From Paraspadella gotoi (lineage: Eukaryota > Animalia > Chaetognatha): DNA of 64,000 nucleotides. The notes below the pieces were generated by a model that was given only the letters and a program-made list of their open reading frames with translations, was not told the origin of the DNA and did no database searches. The DNA lies in the NCBI GenBank assembly GCA_051294375.1, contig CM119263.1:16955777-17019776 (forward strand), written 5' to 3'. Positions 12,908 to 26,190 of this stretch are shown one piece after another (positions within the stretch are counted from its first letter, which is position 1; each line of letters begins with the position of its first letter). A program made the translations under genes and the position numbers.

Positions 12908-13655
12908 TTAAAAGATTAAAGATTTCTCTAATTGTCTTTTAGCCTCTAAATTGTCTTTTTTAGCCCTCTTATTTGCGCCCACGTCGTAATCGTCCTCGTC
13001 ATCGTCGTCCTCCTCGTCGCGACAACGGACTTCTCCTCTTTCGCGAAATCCATCAGCGATTGGAATTCCAAGAGAGAAAGATAAACGGTTCCCAGATTTA
13101 TCATCACCGTCTTGGTTTGACCAGCTTGCCGGTAAAATGGTACAAACTTTAGAAAAAATATTATTTTTTATCAAGATAAAGTGATAAATGACAGAAATAA
13201 AATAAAAAAAAAGTACCGCAATTGAAACGGTGGTCCTGGCGAGCGGATGACACTTGATTCGGCGCTTTCCAATAAGAAAGCGCAGCGATAGCGAACGAGA
13301 GATAAAGATGCGATCGCCGGTTACGTTATTATACCCAGATGTTCTCGCAAGTACTTATATATATATAAATATTTTTTTATTTTATAAATTTTCTTTTTTT
13401 TAAAACCGGAAAATAAAAAAATTCACCTCTGGAAATGGTCAATGTCGGTACGGAGGTTGTCTAACGTAACCGATCGGTATAAAGCGTCTAATTCTGCGAA
13501 GGTAACTTAAGCTTATAGATGACCGAGACGATGACGATGACGAAGAGGCCGAGCTGGAACCGCCGGAAGAAGAGTCGTATTTTCTCCTCTTTATGACAAC
13601 GTGAGTGGTTACGTGACAATTACGGCGTAAGAGACAAGGAATCGTCATGGAACTA
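12908..13655 (-). CDS. Probable downstream exons of the RING gene (Ser-rich; ELDALYRSVTLDNLRTDIDHFQ; acidic C-terminal segment)
   Basis: AG|GTGAAT donor near 13426, TTTTTTCTAAAG acceptor near 13147, open frame ending RDEEDDDDEDDYDVGANKRAKKDNLEAKRQLEKSLIF*. Phases not fully reconcilable. Confidence 0.3.
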
Positions 13656-13687
13656 ATGATGAGGGCAAAAAAAAAAAGTAAGAAAAT

Positions 13688-13762
13688 TGATTCATTCATT
13701 CATTTATTCATTCATTCATTCTTCATTTATTCATTCATTCATTCATTTATTCATTCATTCAT
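13688..13762. repeat. (ATTC)n microsatellite
   Basis: Tandem attc/attt units. Confidence 0.9.
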
Positions 13763-14189
13763 AATCTTACGGGATCGATTGACGTTGTTATATTTGTCGT
13801 TTTCAGCCTTAATGGCTTCCAAGGACAACTAATAAAAAAAATACATAAATATGTAATATATTAAATGTCTCGTGTAATAAGAAGATGGAAAATGAATGGA
13901 CAATTTTACTATTTTTACTTACTGAACTTCTTCATTTCTATCACCGCGGTTCCCTCCAGCCGCTTAGTGCCGAGAAAATGTGCCATCTCTTTCTTTTACC
14001 GATGTTCGGCGCAAGTGTTTCACCTTTTTTCTACAAAGAACGAAAAAATTAAATTAAGTTCCGCGTATATATAATATATTCAAAATTACCTTAAATTTAA
14101 ATTTTTTTTTTTTTAAAGAATTAATGACATCATTTAATTGAACACGAGTTCAACGTCTCTCGTCGTACGATTAATTTTATTTCTTTACA

Positions 14190-14370
14190 CCCTTGGCAAG
14201 GGTAAATAAATTAGTCTTACAAGTTGGACATACAGCGTTATCTTTATCATTAATTAATAATTTTTCGTAACAAAAAAATACAAGTTGATGGCCTCCCGAC
14301 AAACGATGGTGCGCCGTGGGCAGAAAAATCTTCGTAACAGACTGGACAACGCATAGACATACTGTCGGGT
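14190..14370 (-). CDS. RING-HC (C3HC4-type) zinc-finger exon, frameshifted or degenerate; putative E3 ubiquitin ligase
   Basis: TTTTACAG acceptor, ATG at 14360, MSMRCPVCYEDFSAHGAP, then after a 1-nt shift RLSGGHQLVFFCYEKLLINDKDNAVCPTCK. This matches CxxC...(C)GH..(C)xxC...CPxC with ligands 3 and 5 disrupted. Confidence 0.6.
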
Positions 14371-14779
14371 CTGTAAAATAGGTGAGAAAAAAGGTCTTAT
14401 TTATACCCATACTGAAAAGCACTTGGAAATGTCAAAAGTCAAGAATAAGTGGCTCGGTTTTGTGATTACACAGTTGTAATTTTTATTTTTCCCCTCTATC
14501 TCTGTATTATCAAAAAAATCTTGGCTACGTTCCGCCGGCCTTATCGATTCTTTTAAAGAAATCAGTCTCGTTCCAAAATCGTCGTTGTAATAACGTTTGT
14601 AATAACGGCTAAAAAAATGAAAAACTATCCTTACAACTTCGTTAATCTTTTACTTACTATTAAAAGATGTTTTTTTTTGCGTGGTGGAACCCGATCAGGT
14701 AAACTCGTTAGTAATACTTTATTTTATTAAAATTTTGTTTAATAATAAAAAAATCCATTAAGATACTTACGGTAAAACC

Positions 14780-15250
14780 GAAAGGGTCAACGGTGAAGAA
14801 ACGCGTCCCCCTTTCTGGTGGACGAAAAGTCAACGACGATGGTTAAGACGACGACGGTTTCCATCACGACACCACCATGGAGCACGACACGAGCGAGATG
14901 AAAACGAAAGAAGTGAGCGAGACGAACAAAATGACGATGACGACCAAAGAGGTAGCCGCAACGACCCAAGCGATGGAGACGACTGGGGATTGCGAACGAC
15001 CCATGACGAGTTGAGACGACTGAAGATTGGCGAACGGACCCATGGACGAGTTTGAGACGTGAAGATTGCCAACGACCCATGGACAAGTTGAGACGACTGA
15101 AGATTGGCGAACGAGCGGAGGGAATACGATGGAAACAACGATTGGCTCGACAAAGACGGAAGAGACGACGACGACCGATGAACCATATGCCAGAATCGAC
15201 GAAACGACCAAAATTGATGAAACAAAAGCACGAGCGGCAAAATGTTAACT
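14780..15250 (+). CDS. Thr/Glu-rich mucin-like exon containing ~4 x 39-bp repeats (ETTEDWRTTHGQV), with indels
   Basis: Units start at 14976, 15013, 15054 and 15090 (GAGACGACTGAAGATTGGCGAACGACCCATGGAC(A/G)AGTT). Flanks read MEHDTSEMKTKEVSETNKMTMTTKEVAATTQAM and TMETTIGSTKTEETTTTDEPY. Confidence 0.5.
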
Positions 15251-17309
15251 TGGACAACGATGATGACACGATGATGACACGAGGATAACAATGATGATGA
15301 ATTCATACTACTAGTATGATGGAACAAAATAAAACCCGGCTTCAAAAAAATAACTAACCATGGACTAGTTCCATAGGTTTGAAGATTCGACCATTTCGTG
15401 GGAATAACCAAAACGCTAACTGCAACAGAGATAAAGGAGAAGGGGATTTAACGATGAATTTGGTGATAAATTTTTTACAGTCGGGATGAGCGTCAGGAGA
15501 ACTTATTGGTGGTTTTCACCATTTTATTAAAGTAAATAAATTAATTCAACATCAAATTAAAAAAATCGACCCTCTCCGCCCAACGAACGTCGAGCATTAA
15601 TAAATACTATAAAAGAAAAAATAAGAGTATTAGAAAAATATGAGAGAAACAGGGAGAAGATCCTGATTCCGGCGAAAGAAGAGGAATCGATGGCGAAGTG
15701 ACGCAAAAAACCTTCGCATCTCTGTGAAAAAAAAAGAAAAATTAAGGAGATATTATAACTTACCTTTCTGGAAAGTAAAAATAATAAGGTTTGAGATTCG
15801 GTGATAACCATTGTCATCGTCTTCTTCGACGAAAGAACAATTATCACGAAGAAACAACGTTTATAGAACTACATTGAGGGAAAACCCCACTTCATTAAAA
15901 ACATTTGGAAATATTGATAAAAAGAAACCAAATTGAAATGACGTACGAAACTGACGAAAATAAAAAGTGGAGAAACTAATGAAAGCGAAAGTGAACAGAA
16001 TATGGTAAAACTATCTAGCATAGTAATTCCAAACATTCCATTCGTCCTAAAAAATCAACGCGATGCCTGACTTATTTGAATAAACAATAAAGAGAGTGGG
16101 GTGAATAGAGGGAACTAAAAATTATTTGTTAATTTTTTTGACCAATTTTACTAATAAAACTAGAAAAATATCCGACACTGTTAGATCTATCAATAAACAA
16201 AAGACGTAAAGAGGTTCGATGAGAAGAGACACCTGGCGGTTTCGCGCGGCTAAAAAGCGTTACGTCAGCATTTTTTTTACGTCAGAATTTTTTCTGGCAG
16301 TCGGCTAGACAGTCGGCCAGATAGAAAAAGATAAGAAAGTCTAGTCGAATCGATTCGCTAAACGAAAGTGCGATTGTACCGTTCTTCTGAGTAACTTGAT
16401 TTAAGCGATAAGTTTCGAGCGGCGCGAATCTTTATCCTGGTCAAGGTGTGGTCAAACTGTGGACCACGTCTCAGTCAGCTAAACAATCGGCTAACGATCC
16501 GTCGAAATCAAAACGCAGCTGGCGGTTTCACAGAGTGATAATCAACAGCTAGAAATCGTTACGACAGCGTTCTTTCTGTGAATCTTGATAAAGCGATAGT
16601 TTTTTGAGTTTCGAGTGTCCGCAAACCTTATCAAGATGGCCAGAGGTGTAATAGTATATCTCTAACGAACGAACGAAAAATAGTAATATGAATTTATTTG
16701 ATAAATCTGTAGCAAGACAACGGACACCTTAGATCCGAGATCTGTCACGCGATTCGCCGGGGAAAGAGTACAGAAAGCTCAGATTTGGATCATGAGGGAA
16801 AGCGCGACAAGCGCTCGAGGCTCGAGCTGCTTGAAATTCCGAAAACGATAGTTTTGGTGTTCTTGCATTCTCATTCTCATGCATTTTCACTGTTTCTTTG
16901 TTTTCTCTTCTNNNNNNNNNNNNNNNNNNNNNNNNNAATATGTAAAGAAAAAAAGAAAGAAAAAAAAACCATAGAAAGAAAGCATCTATCAAGAAGGCGA
17001 CTTCAAGGCCACCCACGGCGTTAGAAAGGAAACGCTGTTTCATTGGCGGAAGTTCTCGTGGCGTCAGCTTCGTCTTACAAAGGATTTCAAGAAACGCCCC
17101 GTTGGTTTATTCTTAGTTTTTTTGCACGATTGCGGCTGTTTCATGTCCGCAATTAAAATGTATGTATTTAGTCTATCAAGGTTCCACTGGTTCCAGTCTG
17201 TTACTTTAACTGCTTTTTTGTATTGCTCGTACTGTCCTGAAGTTTTCCGAGGATTAGCTATTGGCAATTGATTTCTTTGGATTTGTTTTTAGAAAATAGT
17301 TGACATCTT

Positions 17310-17764
17310 TTGAAAGACTGAGTAACAAAGACGACGCCGACGACGGCGACGTCAATCGTCTGAAGGTCGTGCGAATGCATTTGAGCGACTTTGAAGATTT
17401 CCGATGCGAGAAGACGAATCGATAAAAATCGAAAAATATTCACAGTTGGAATCGAAAATCGTCGACGATTCCAACCAACGAAGCCGCCGCAGCCGCCGCA
17501 GCCGCCGCCGCAGCCGCAGGCGCCGCCGCACCCGCCGCAGCCGCCGCAGCAGCCGCCGCCGACGACACCACCTACTCAAAAGACGAACTCAAGGACTGAG
17601 AAAAAAACCTTGACTTGTCCTCGAAAGAAGCGAAGATGAAGACGACGCCGACGACGGGCTCGTGGACCACAGCCCTTGACCCTCAGGACGGAAAGGAGCG
17701 GCGGAGACAGGAGTCGAAGATCATCAAAACTTTTTTGGGTGCAAAGAGGGGAGAGTTGTACTGA
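17310..17764 (+). CDS. Probable exon with poly-Ala tract (errors present)
   Basis: GCC/GCA triplet array 17483-17560 flanked by protein-like frames (ERLSNKDDADDGDVNRLKVVRMHLSDFEDF; DDTTYSKDELKD; SWTTALDPQDGKERRRQESKIIKTFLGAKRGELY*). Confidence 0.35.
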
Positions 17765-18134
17765 AGTACTAGTTCACGGAGCTCTTCTTGGATCGTATAA
17801 ATAGTCAAAAGAAATGTACAACCCTGGTTGTTTATGATTGAATTCTCATTCAGGAATCATTGGATACAATGCAACTGAAAAACGGAAATGCGGCGAGCTT
17901 AGAACCCCAGAATTTCTAGCCACGCCTTCGGAACTAAATCGAATTCCTAAATAAAAACGAACTGCAGAAGAGCGAGAGAAGAGGAGAGAGAGGAGGAGAG
18001 AAGAAGAGCGAGAGAGAAGACGAGAGAGGAGAGAGAGAGACCTTTCGAGGCAGGTAAGAACAATTGAGCCGGCGGATGAGAGAACGCCCAGAAGAAAGAC
18101 GAGACAGTTAAGCAACAAACGAAGAAAAGAGGCA

Positions 18135-18186
<52 letters not shown>

Positions 18187-18378
18187 GAGGAGAGAGAGCA
18201 GAGAGAGAGAGAGAGACTGGAGGAATCAAGTGAAGGGTAGATCGTATGAAAAGAAAGAAAAGGAACTGTCTGCCGAGTGAATCAATAGAAGAAAAATTTA
18301 AAAAGAAGATATTGAACGAAAAAGGAAAAGAAAAGAAAAAAACCATGGTATATGGTAGAGACGAAGAGAAGAGAGAGA

Positions 18379-18433
<55 letters not shown>

Positions 18434-20761
18434 CGGGAACGTCTCCGCCTTCCTTGGCTAAGAGGAGAAATATTGAATTTTCTAAGAATCTTTTGAATTT
18501 GAGTTGAAACTTCGATTTTTTTTTCAGTGCGTCTTCTAACGTTACCCAAGAATAAATATTTACAATAGGCAAAAGATAAGGGACGATGCAGATGACGAGG
18601 GTTTAAGCGGAAATTCGTCCTCCAAATTATAACAAGAAAGAAAAAAAGAAAAAAAAAGAAAGAAATTACAATTCAATTACTTTTCACTTTATACTTAATC
18701 TTAAAAAGGAGTTTTCTCTATTTTTATTTTTCATTTTTCATTCACGGTTAAAAATTAGATCTCATAAAGGTTTATTAGGTCTTTTCTCCCTCCTTTTTTT
18801 TCCACCATCAACTGGAGGCCAATCTCTGGAGTTTTGATCCGACGCGGATCATTTCATCAAATTGAAAGAGGAGGAGGTTCAAGATCAGCTTCTTCGTCCT
18901 GTCTTGTTTTATCTCTTTATAATTATATATTGAAAATTTTCGACTTTATTTTAGATTTTTTCATAGTCTTACCTCTCTTATAACCATTTTGAAATTAAAC
19001 TTATCTAAAGACTTATCTCTTATCATATCTCTTTTCTCACACCACATCTTGTACCTCCCCCGATTTAACTGCCAATCTCACTCCACTTTTCCCTCCGATT
19101 TACTCAACACTTGATTTATTTATTCGCAATCCTCGTTTTTTTTTTCTTTTTCCCTTTTCCGTCTTTACTTCACCTCATACTCGCTGCGATCTTAACTCCT
19201 TCCTTCTTTCCTTCTCTTCTACGAATCTCAACTAATCTTTTCATCTCCCCCCCACCCCCTCCACCTCCCCCTCCCCAATCATCTGCCCCCTTGATCTGCC
19301 CTCCCTCTTCTTGATTCCATTGTTCCGATCATTTTTTTTCTCTTTATCATCCTTCTTTTTAGTCTCGGCTGCAGCGAAGATTCATTAAGACAATTTCTAG
19401 ACGGTAGGTTGGTGTGGCTATCTTTTGTATTTGTCGATATCTTTATGTTTCCATATTTCTCATAAATATAACATATAGATTAAAAAATATATATTTACAT
19501 AAATATTGACCAAAAACTTCTTCACTCGACGGAATAATTATATAACCATCCTTCTGTCTGTCAGTATAATAAACTAGAATAACATAGAGCGACAAGACTG
19601 ATACGTTTCTTGAGTTTTTCTTCAGAACTCACAGTCGATACTCCGTCTTTCAATTCCTTTCACCTTCCGGTTTTTATCTCGCGTCGTTTTTATTGCATTC
19701 ATTCATTTCTTCATATTTTTTTTCTCCCCTACTTCCTTTTCCTTCATACTTCATTTCTTTCTCTCACGCTTTTTTTTAAAAAAACTTCTTCCTCGGCTCC
19801 TTCGTCGTCTTTTTTTCCCTTTTATTTCCTCATTTTTATTTTCGTTACATCGTACAAGATGGCGGGAAGAAAGTAATATCGCGTTTGTTATTACCAATGG
19901 CAGTCGATCGTTGTTGTTTCGCCTTTTTTTTTTTCCATTTCCTTTTTTTTTTCTCCCTTCTTCCCCTATCTCATTTAATTTCCCTCGTTCTCCGGCGACG
20001 AGACAGACTCCGTCGTCTTCTCTCATTTCATATTTCCTTCCGTTTTTCTTTCTTTTCTTTTTACGACATTTCTTCTTTTTTTTTTTTTAAATGTTAACGA
20101 AGGATCGGGGCGCCGCCATCGGAGGTGAATGAAACTTTGTGGCGACGAAAGAAAAGAAAAAATAAACGTCGGGCGATGGAGGAATTCATCATATAGCCCA
20201 GCGTAGGGTGGCGCGTCGTTAGGAATTTTTCTAGACTATATAATGTCTGGTAAAAGATATTTGGCGATCGTAAAAGCGAAACGTTATTATCGGATGGATA
20301 CGTTTTTATGTTGTCTGTTCGTTTGTCTATCGGTCCATGTATTCGTCGGTCAATGAGATTATCAAAAAATGACGTAAAACGACAAATTTAACTGTAGTTA
20401 AATTCCCATTTAATAGTGCTGAAAGAATTAAGTCTATTAAAAAACTTTGCAAAAGGAAAAAAAAACAAACTCGTTATTAATATTCCCACTCTTTCAGCGA
20501 ATCGCAAATGTCAAAACTGCCGATATTTTTTTTTTCCCGCCGCGCGCCTAAAAGTTTTCGTTCCCCGGGGGATAAATGAAAATTTAATCTCCTCAACGCG
20601 GGGATTAGCGCGAAAAACTGGGAGTGATTGATGCACTCTAACCTTGGATTAGCCTCCGTCGTCTCCCCGCGCTTTTGTTCTTAGATTTTCTTTATGCAAC
20701 GCTTCTAACTACTTTTTCTTCTTCTTTTATCCATTTTTAATTCAATTCATGTAAATTTCCC

Positions 20762-20866
<105 letters not shown>

Positions 20867-20989
20867 GAGTCGATTTTTTCTTCATTTTCTTCGAAGAAAT
20901 ATGCAGATGGTTCATTGATGGGTTTGTTTGAGGTCTTCAAATCACCTTTTCATTGTTTTTCCTGCTCAATTTCCGCTCTTCTCGGAAGC

Positions 20990-22125
20990 CACGAATTCAC
21001 GAACCGCAAGGAAGACCTACGGGGAAAGTTGAAGTTTGTTTTCGAAACTGTCAACCCTGATGAAAGACTGCTGCGGATAAGACCAAAATTGTTGCGGAAA
21101 TTCTGCGCAACTCTCTTCACCAGAAACAGAGCGATTCCATCGTCACGACGGCCTTGCCAACAGCAACGTCCTTACTAATCATTTTCTCTTAAAGATGGCC
21201 CCTAAGATTCTCAAACAGACAAGCAACGCATCTCAAAACTTGGCAACAAAAAATGGTTGAATTTATGAAATGGTTCCCACGCGAATGATTAGAGTACAAA
21301 GGATTTCGGTTCAAATTCAGAGGCGCGAACCATTGTTGAAAAAAAAAGAGCAAGGGAGCGAAATGCTTTGTTGTCGTGGCTGTCAACAGATGTTTACTTC
21401 TTTTTGGCAGGAAAACGAAATGCGACTTTGCCCCGTAAATTAAGACCGACGAACGTTTTGACGAACACGACATACAAACGAAGGCTTTTCCTTGTACAAT
21501 GTACATTATTCAAGGAGAAAAGCCTTCAATGTACATTGTACAAGTACATTAAAAATGAACTATTTGACATCAAATAACTGAACAGTTTATCAGTTTTCAG
21601 AAATTGCATAAACTTAATAAACTTGTTTCGAAAGTCGCGCCACCGGCCAGCGTCTGTTTTTGTTTACGAATTAATACCGTCGGAAAAAAAACAAGACGTG
21701 AGCGAATGAATAACGAGCCTCCGTAACAAACGAGCGGTTGTCTGCTTGGCAAGATACTTTGAATATTTGAGGCAGACTCGAAATGCATTATGCATGGAGA
21801 GTCGGCGGCGAGAAGAGAGACAAGAAAAGCTCGTTCGAGGAAAATATATCAGGTGAGTCTCGAGCGATCGATTAATAAACGTCTCTAGGATTTGAGTCGA
21901 TGTTGGGATCCGCTGGCGACGAAGTAATCGGGAAGACGATCGATCTTCCCTTCAATAATTTATTGGGTAATCTTTCGTCAATCGATTTCCGGCGTCGCGA
22001 TTCGGCGTCGTGTGTCCAGGGGCAAAGATCCCGCTGTCTATGACTATCAAGATTGGAGAAGCAGCGCGTGGGCGGTGTTGCGGTTTTTGGAAACGTTGAT
22101 GGATAAAAGAATGTTGAATAAGTAA
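20990..22125 (+). CDS. Multi-exon orphan protein gene with indel errors
   Basis: TTTTCAG acceptor at 21600 then KLHKLNKLVSKVAPPASVCFVYELIPSEKKQD. 36-nt intron 21853-21888 (GTGAGT..CTCTAG) joins MHYAWRVGGEKRDKKSSFEENIS-G-FESMLGSAGDEVIGKTIDLPFNNLL in frame. Final segment GKDPAVYDYQDWRSSAWAVLRFLETLMDKRMLN. The upstream 20990-21434 block is coding-like. Confidence 0.5.
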
Positions 22126-23224
22126 GGTCAGAAGTTAGAAGCAGTTAGAGTAAGTTGGAGGGCATTTACCTCAGAGAAAAGCATGAGTCAGTCTAAGATT
22201 AAAAGTTGAAACGAATTATTTACTTATTTATAAAACATTGAATTGGTTTGAATCAATACACAAAAAAGCGGCAGAGAACTGCAAAAAATTTTATATCATC
22301 GCAGCAGTATCAGTGTTAATTTACGTCATACGCTAATCAGATAGCGACGTTTATTTATGAATAGATATGACGAATGAAGAGATAGTGAAACTGAGTGACA
22401 GACCGACGACCATACTTCACGCCGAGTTTGCTAAATTGAGAGGGCTATGGCTTATTACTGGATTATACGTTACCTGCCAATAAATCAATTAAATCACTAC
22501 TTAATTTTCTACAACCTCACAATAATGCAAGTGAGATTCTAAAACTTCAGAAATCATCCCCGTCGAAAACAATTAAACTCTTAAAAGCTGCCGTCCGTGA
22601 AAACGTGACTTCCGCCTGACGAAATTCTCTCGAGTATCGAGAGCTGAGAATCTAGAAATTCCTCCTCATTCTTTTATAATTATGTATCTGACGCCTCCGT
22701 CATTTCTTTCTTGACAGCGGATTCGATATTTTCGTTTCATCGAGCAAAAATGTCTCGTCATTTGTTGTTGTTGTTGTTTTTCTTTTTGATTGAGGAGATT
22801 TCGATGAAAAGCTTTTTCCGAGTTTGTGACAGACAGAAATGCGGAATTGTGGAATTGCGGAATTGCGCTCATGTGTTTTTTATTTGATTTTTTGTCAATG
22901 CTATTACTTTTAAACGATTTTCTCTCAGTTTTAAACGATTTTCTATCAGTTTTAAACGATTTTCTGTTAGTTTCAAACTAATGGACTAAACCATAATTTG
23001 AAAGTAAAAATAAAACGACATTAGGAAAGTGAACTCTTTCGATGCTGTTCCTGAAAGTATTCGATAACGATATTATTATCATTATTATATTTTTCTCCCC
23101 TCATTAGTTCGACCGCCCCTCGACGCCCCAACTTCCCCGCCTCAATTCCCGACGTGCATCTTTGCCCATAAAACGCCTCCAGTCTTCGCCCGCCTTCGAA
23201 TCTTCCGCCTGCATCTCTTTTTTC

Positions 23225-23263
<39 letters not shown>

Positions 23264-23719
23264 TTTTGCAGCCCATTGCTCTTCCACCCAATTAGATCTT
23301 CGTTCCCTCTCGCCCACCATCGCCGGCGATCGTCCGACCTCTAGAGGCTCCGAGTCATTGACGCCGCCGCCAGTCGCCCGCCTGCCCGACACCCGCCGCA
23401 CGACTTCCTCTTCCTTGTTTTTTTCATTTATATCCTCGTTTCGCCCACACCACTCTCAGCCCACGACCCAATCCTTGCGGCCGAGTTTGTTTAGTTTTTT
23501 CTCAGATTTGCCGACGTCGCCGACCACAAACATGATCCCTCCTCTTTCCATTCCATCTTTCCAACACCAACCAACATTCCCAATTGACTCCCACTTACAT
23601 ACTTAAGCATTTCCTCTCCTCGCTTCTTTTAACCAGACTGCCCTTTTTTTCCCCGCCCGGCACAACCAAACTCTCTCTCTTTCTCTCTCTCTCCCTCTCT
23701 CCCTCTCTATCTTTTTCTC

Positions 23720-23787
<68 letters not shown>

Positions 23788-23801
23788 TCTATCTCCTCTC
23801 T

Positions 23802-23846
<45 letters not shown>

Positions 23847-24056
23847 AAAAGCGCCATCTCTCTTTCCACCCACGGTTGTCGTGTTTTTCCCCAAAAATTC
23901 GAAGCCGTCCGGTTTTCCCCGCCCTCGTCTTTGGCAAGGCTTAAGCATATACGACGACGACGACGACGACGAGAACAACGAAGACGACGACGACGTGGCG
24001 AAAACGATTAACGTTGAAAAGCTAATAAACGCTCTCGTTCGGCGGCCTCTCTCTCT
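22026..24056 (+). repeat. Segment A copy 1 (partial, ~2.0 kb)
   Basis: Near-identical to the starts of 24082-30670 and 30696-37446; ends at a 25-N gap. Confidence 0.95.
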
Positions 24057-25279
24057 NNNNNNNNNNNNNNNNNNNNNNNNNAGATCCTGTCTATACTATC
24101 AAGATTGGAGAGAGCAGCGCGTGGGCGGTGTTGCGGTTTTGGAAACGTTGATGGATAAAAGAATGTTGAATATAAGTAAGGTCAGAAGTTAGAAGCATTA
24201 GAGTAAGTTGGAGGGCATTTACCTCAGAGAAAAGCATGAGTCAGTCTAAGATTAAAAAGTTGAAACGAATTATTTAACTTATTTATAAAACATTGATTGG
24301 TTTGAATCAATACACAAAAAAGCGCAGAAACTGCAAAAAATTTATATCATCGCAGCAGTATCAGTGTTAAGTTACGTCATACGCTAATCAGATAGCGACG
24401 TTTATTTATGAATAGATATGACGAATGAAGAGATAGTGAAACTGAGTGACAGACCGACGACCATACTTCACGCCGGATTTGCTAAATTGAGAGGGCTATG
24501 GCTTATTACTGGATTATACGTTATCCTGCCAAAAATCAATTAAATCACTACCTTAATTTTCTACAACCTCACAAATATGCAAGTGAGATTCTAAAAACTT
24601 CAGAAATCATCCCCGTCGAAAACAATTAAACTCTTAAAAGCTGCCGTCCGTGAAAACGTGACTCTCACGCCTGACGAAATTCTCATCGAGTATCGAGAGC
24701 TGAGAATCTAGAAATTCCTCCTCATTCTTTATAATTATGTATCTGACGCCTCCGTCATTTCTTTCTTGACAGCGGATTCGAATATTTTCGTTTCATCGAG
24801 CAAAAATGTCTCGTCATTTGTTGTTGTTGTTGTTTTTTCTTTTTGATTGAGGAGATTTCGATGAAAAGCTTTTTCCGAGTTTGTGACAGACAGAAATGCG
24901 GAATGTGGAATTGCGGAATTGCGCTCATGTGTTTTTATTTGATTTTTTGTCAATGCTATTACTTTTAAACGATTTTCTTCTCAGTTTTAAACGATTTCTA
25001 TCAGTTTTAAACGATTTTCTGTTAGTTTCAAACTAATGGACTAAACCATAATTTGAAAGTTAAAAATAAAACGACATTAGGAAAGTGAACTCTTTCGATG
25101 CTGTTCCTGAAAGTATTCGATAACGATATTATTATCATTATTATATTTTTCTCCCCTCATTAGTTCGACCGCCCCTCGACGCCCCAACTTCCCCGCCTCA
25201 ATTCCCGACGTGCATCTTTGCCCATAAAACGCTCCAGTCTTCGCCCGCCTTCGAATCTTCCGCCTGCATCTCTTTTTTC

Positions 25280-25315
<36 letters not shown>

Positions 25316-25771
25316 TTTTGCAGCCCATTGCTCTTCCACCCAATTAGATCTTCGTTCCCTCCGCCCACCATCGCCGGCGATCGTCCGACCTCTAGAGCTC
25401 CGAGTCATTGACGCCGCGCCAGTCGCCGCCTGCCCGACACCCGCCGCACGACTTCCTCTTCCTTGTTTTTTTCATTTATATCCTCGTTTCGCGCACACCA
25501 CTCTCAGCACCACCCAATCCTTGCGGCCGAGTTTGTTTAGTTTTTTCCAGATTTGCCGACGTCGCGCGACCACAAACATGATCCCCTCTTTTCCATTCCA
25601 TCTTTCCAACACCAACCAACATTCCATTGACTCCCACTTACATACTTAAGCATTTCCTCTCCTCGCTTCTTTTAACCAGACTGGCCCTTTTTTTTCCCCG
25701 CCCGGCACAACCAAACTCTCTCTCTTTCTCTCCTCTTCCCTCTCTCCCTCTCTCTCTCTCTACTTTTTCTC

Positions 25772-25841
<70 letters not shown>

Positions 25842-25898
25842 ATCTCTCTCTCTCTCTCTCTCTCTCGTCTCTCTCTCTCTCTCCTCTCTTTTAAAAGC

Positions 25899-26108
25899 GC
25901 CATCTCTCTTTCCACCCACGGTTGTCGTGTTTTTCCCCAAAAATTCGAAGCCGTCCGGTTTTCCCCGCCCTCGTCTTTGGCAAGGCTTAAAGACATATAC
26001 GACGACGACGACGACGACGAGAACAACGAAGACGACGACGACGTGGCGAAAAACGATTAACGTTGAAAAGCTAATAAACGCTCTCGTTCGCGGCCTTCTC
26101 CTCTCTCT

Positions 26109-26190
<82 letters not shown>

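Noticed and set aside
14976-15113. CRISPR-like regular repeats
   Set aside because: The units are contiguous with no unique spacers, there are no cas genes, and the context is eukaryotic. The same applies to 22908-22970 and 26377-26452.
21782-21825. HYAWRVGG-EKR as an amidated neuropeptide
   Set aside because: Gly is not adjacent to KR, the motif occurs once, and there is no signal peptide.
23021-23401. Poly-Arg / poly-Pro / poly-Ala ORFs around (CCG)n
   Set aside because: Frames differ among the three copies and the strand cannot be fixed; possibly exonic but unsupported as a specific call.
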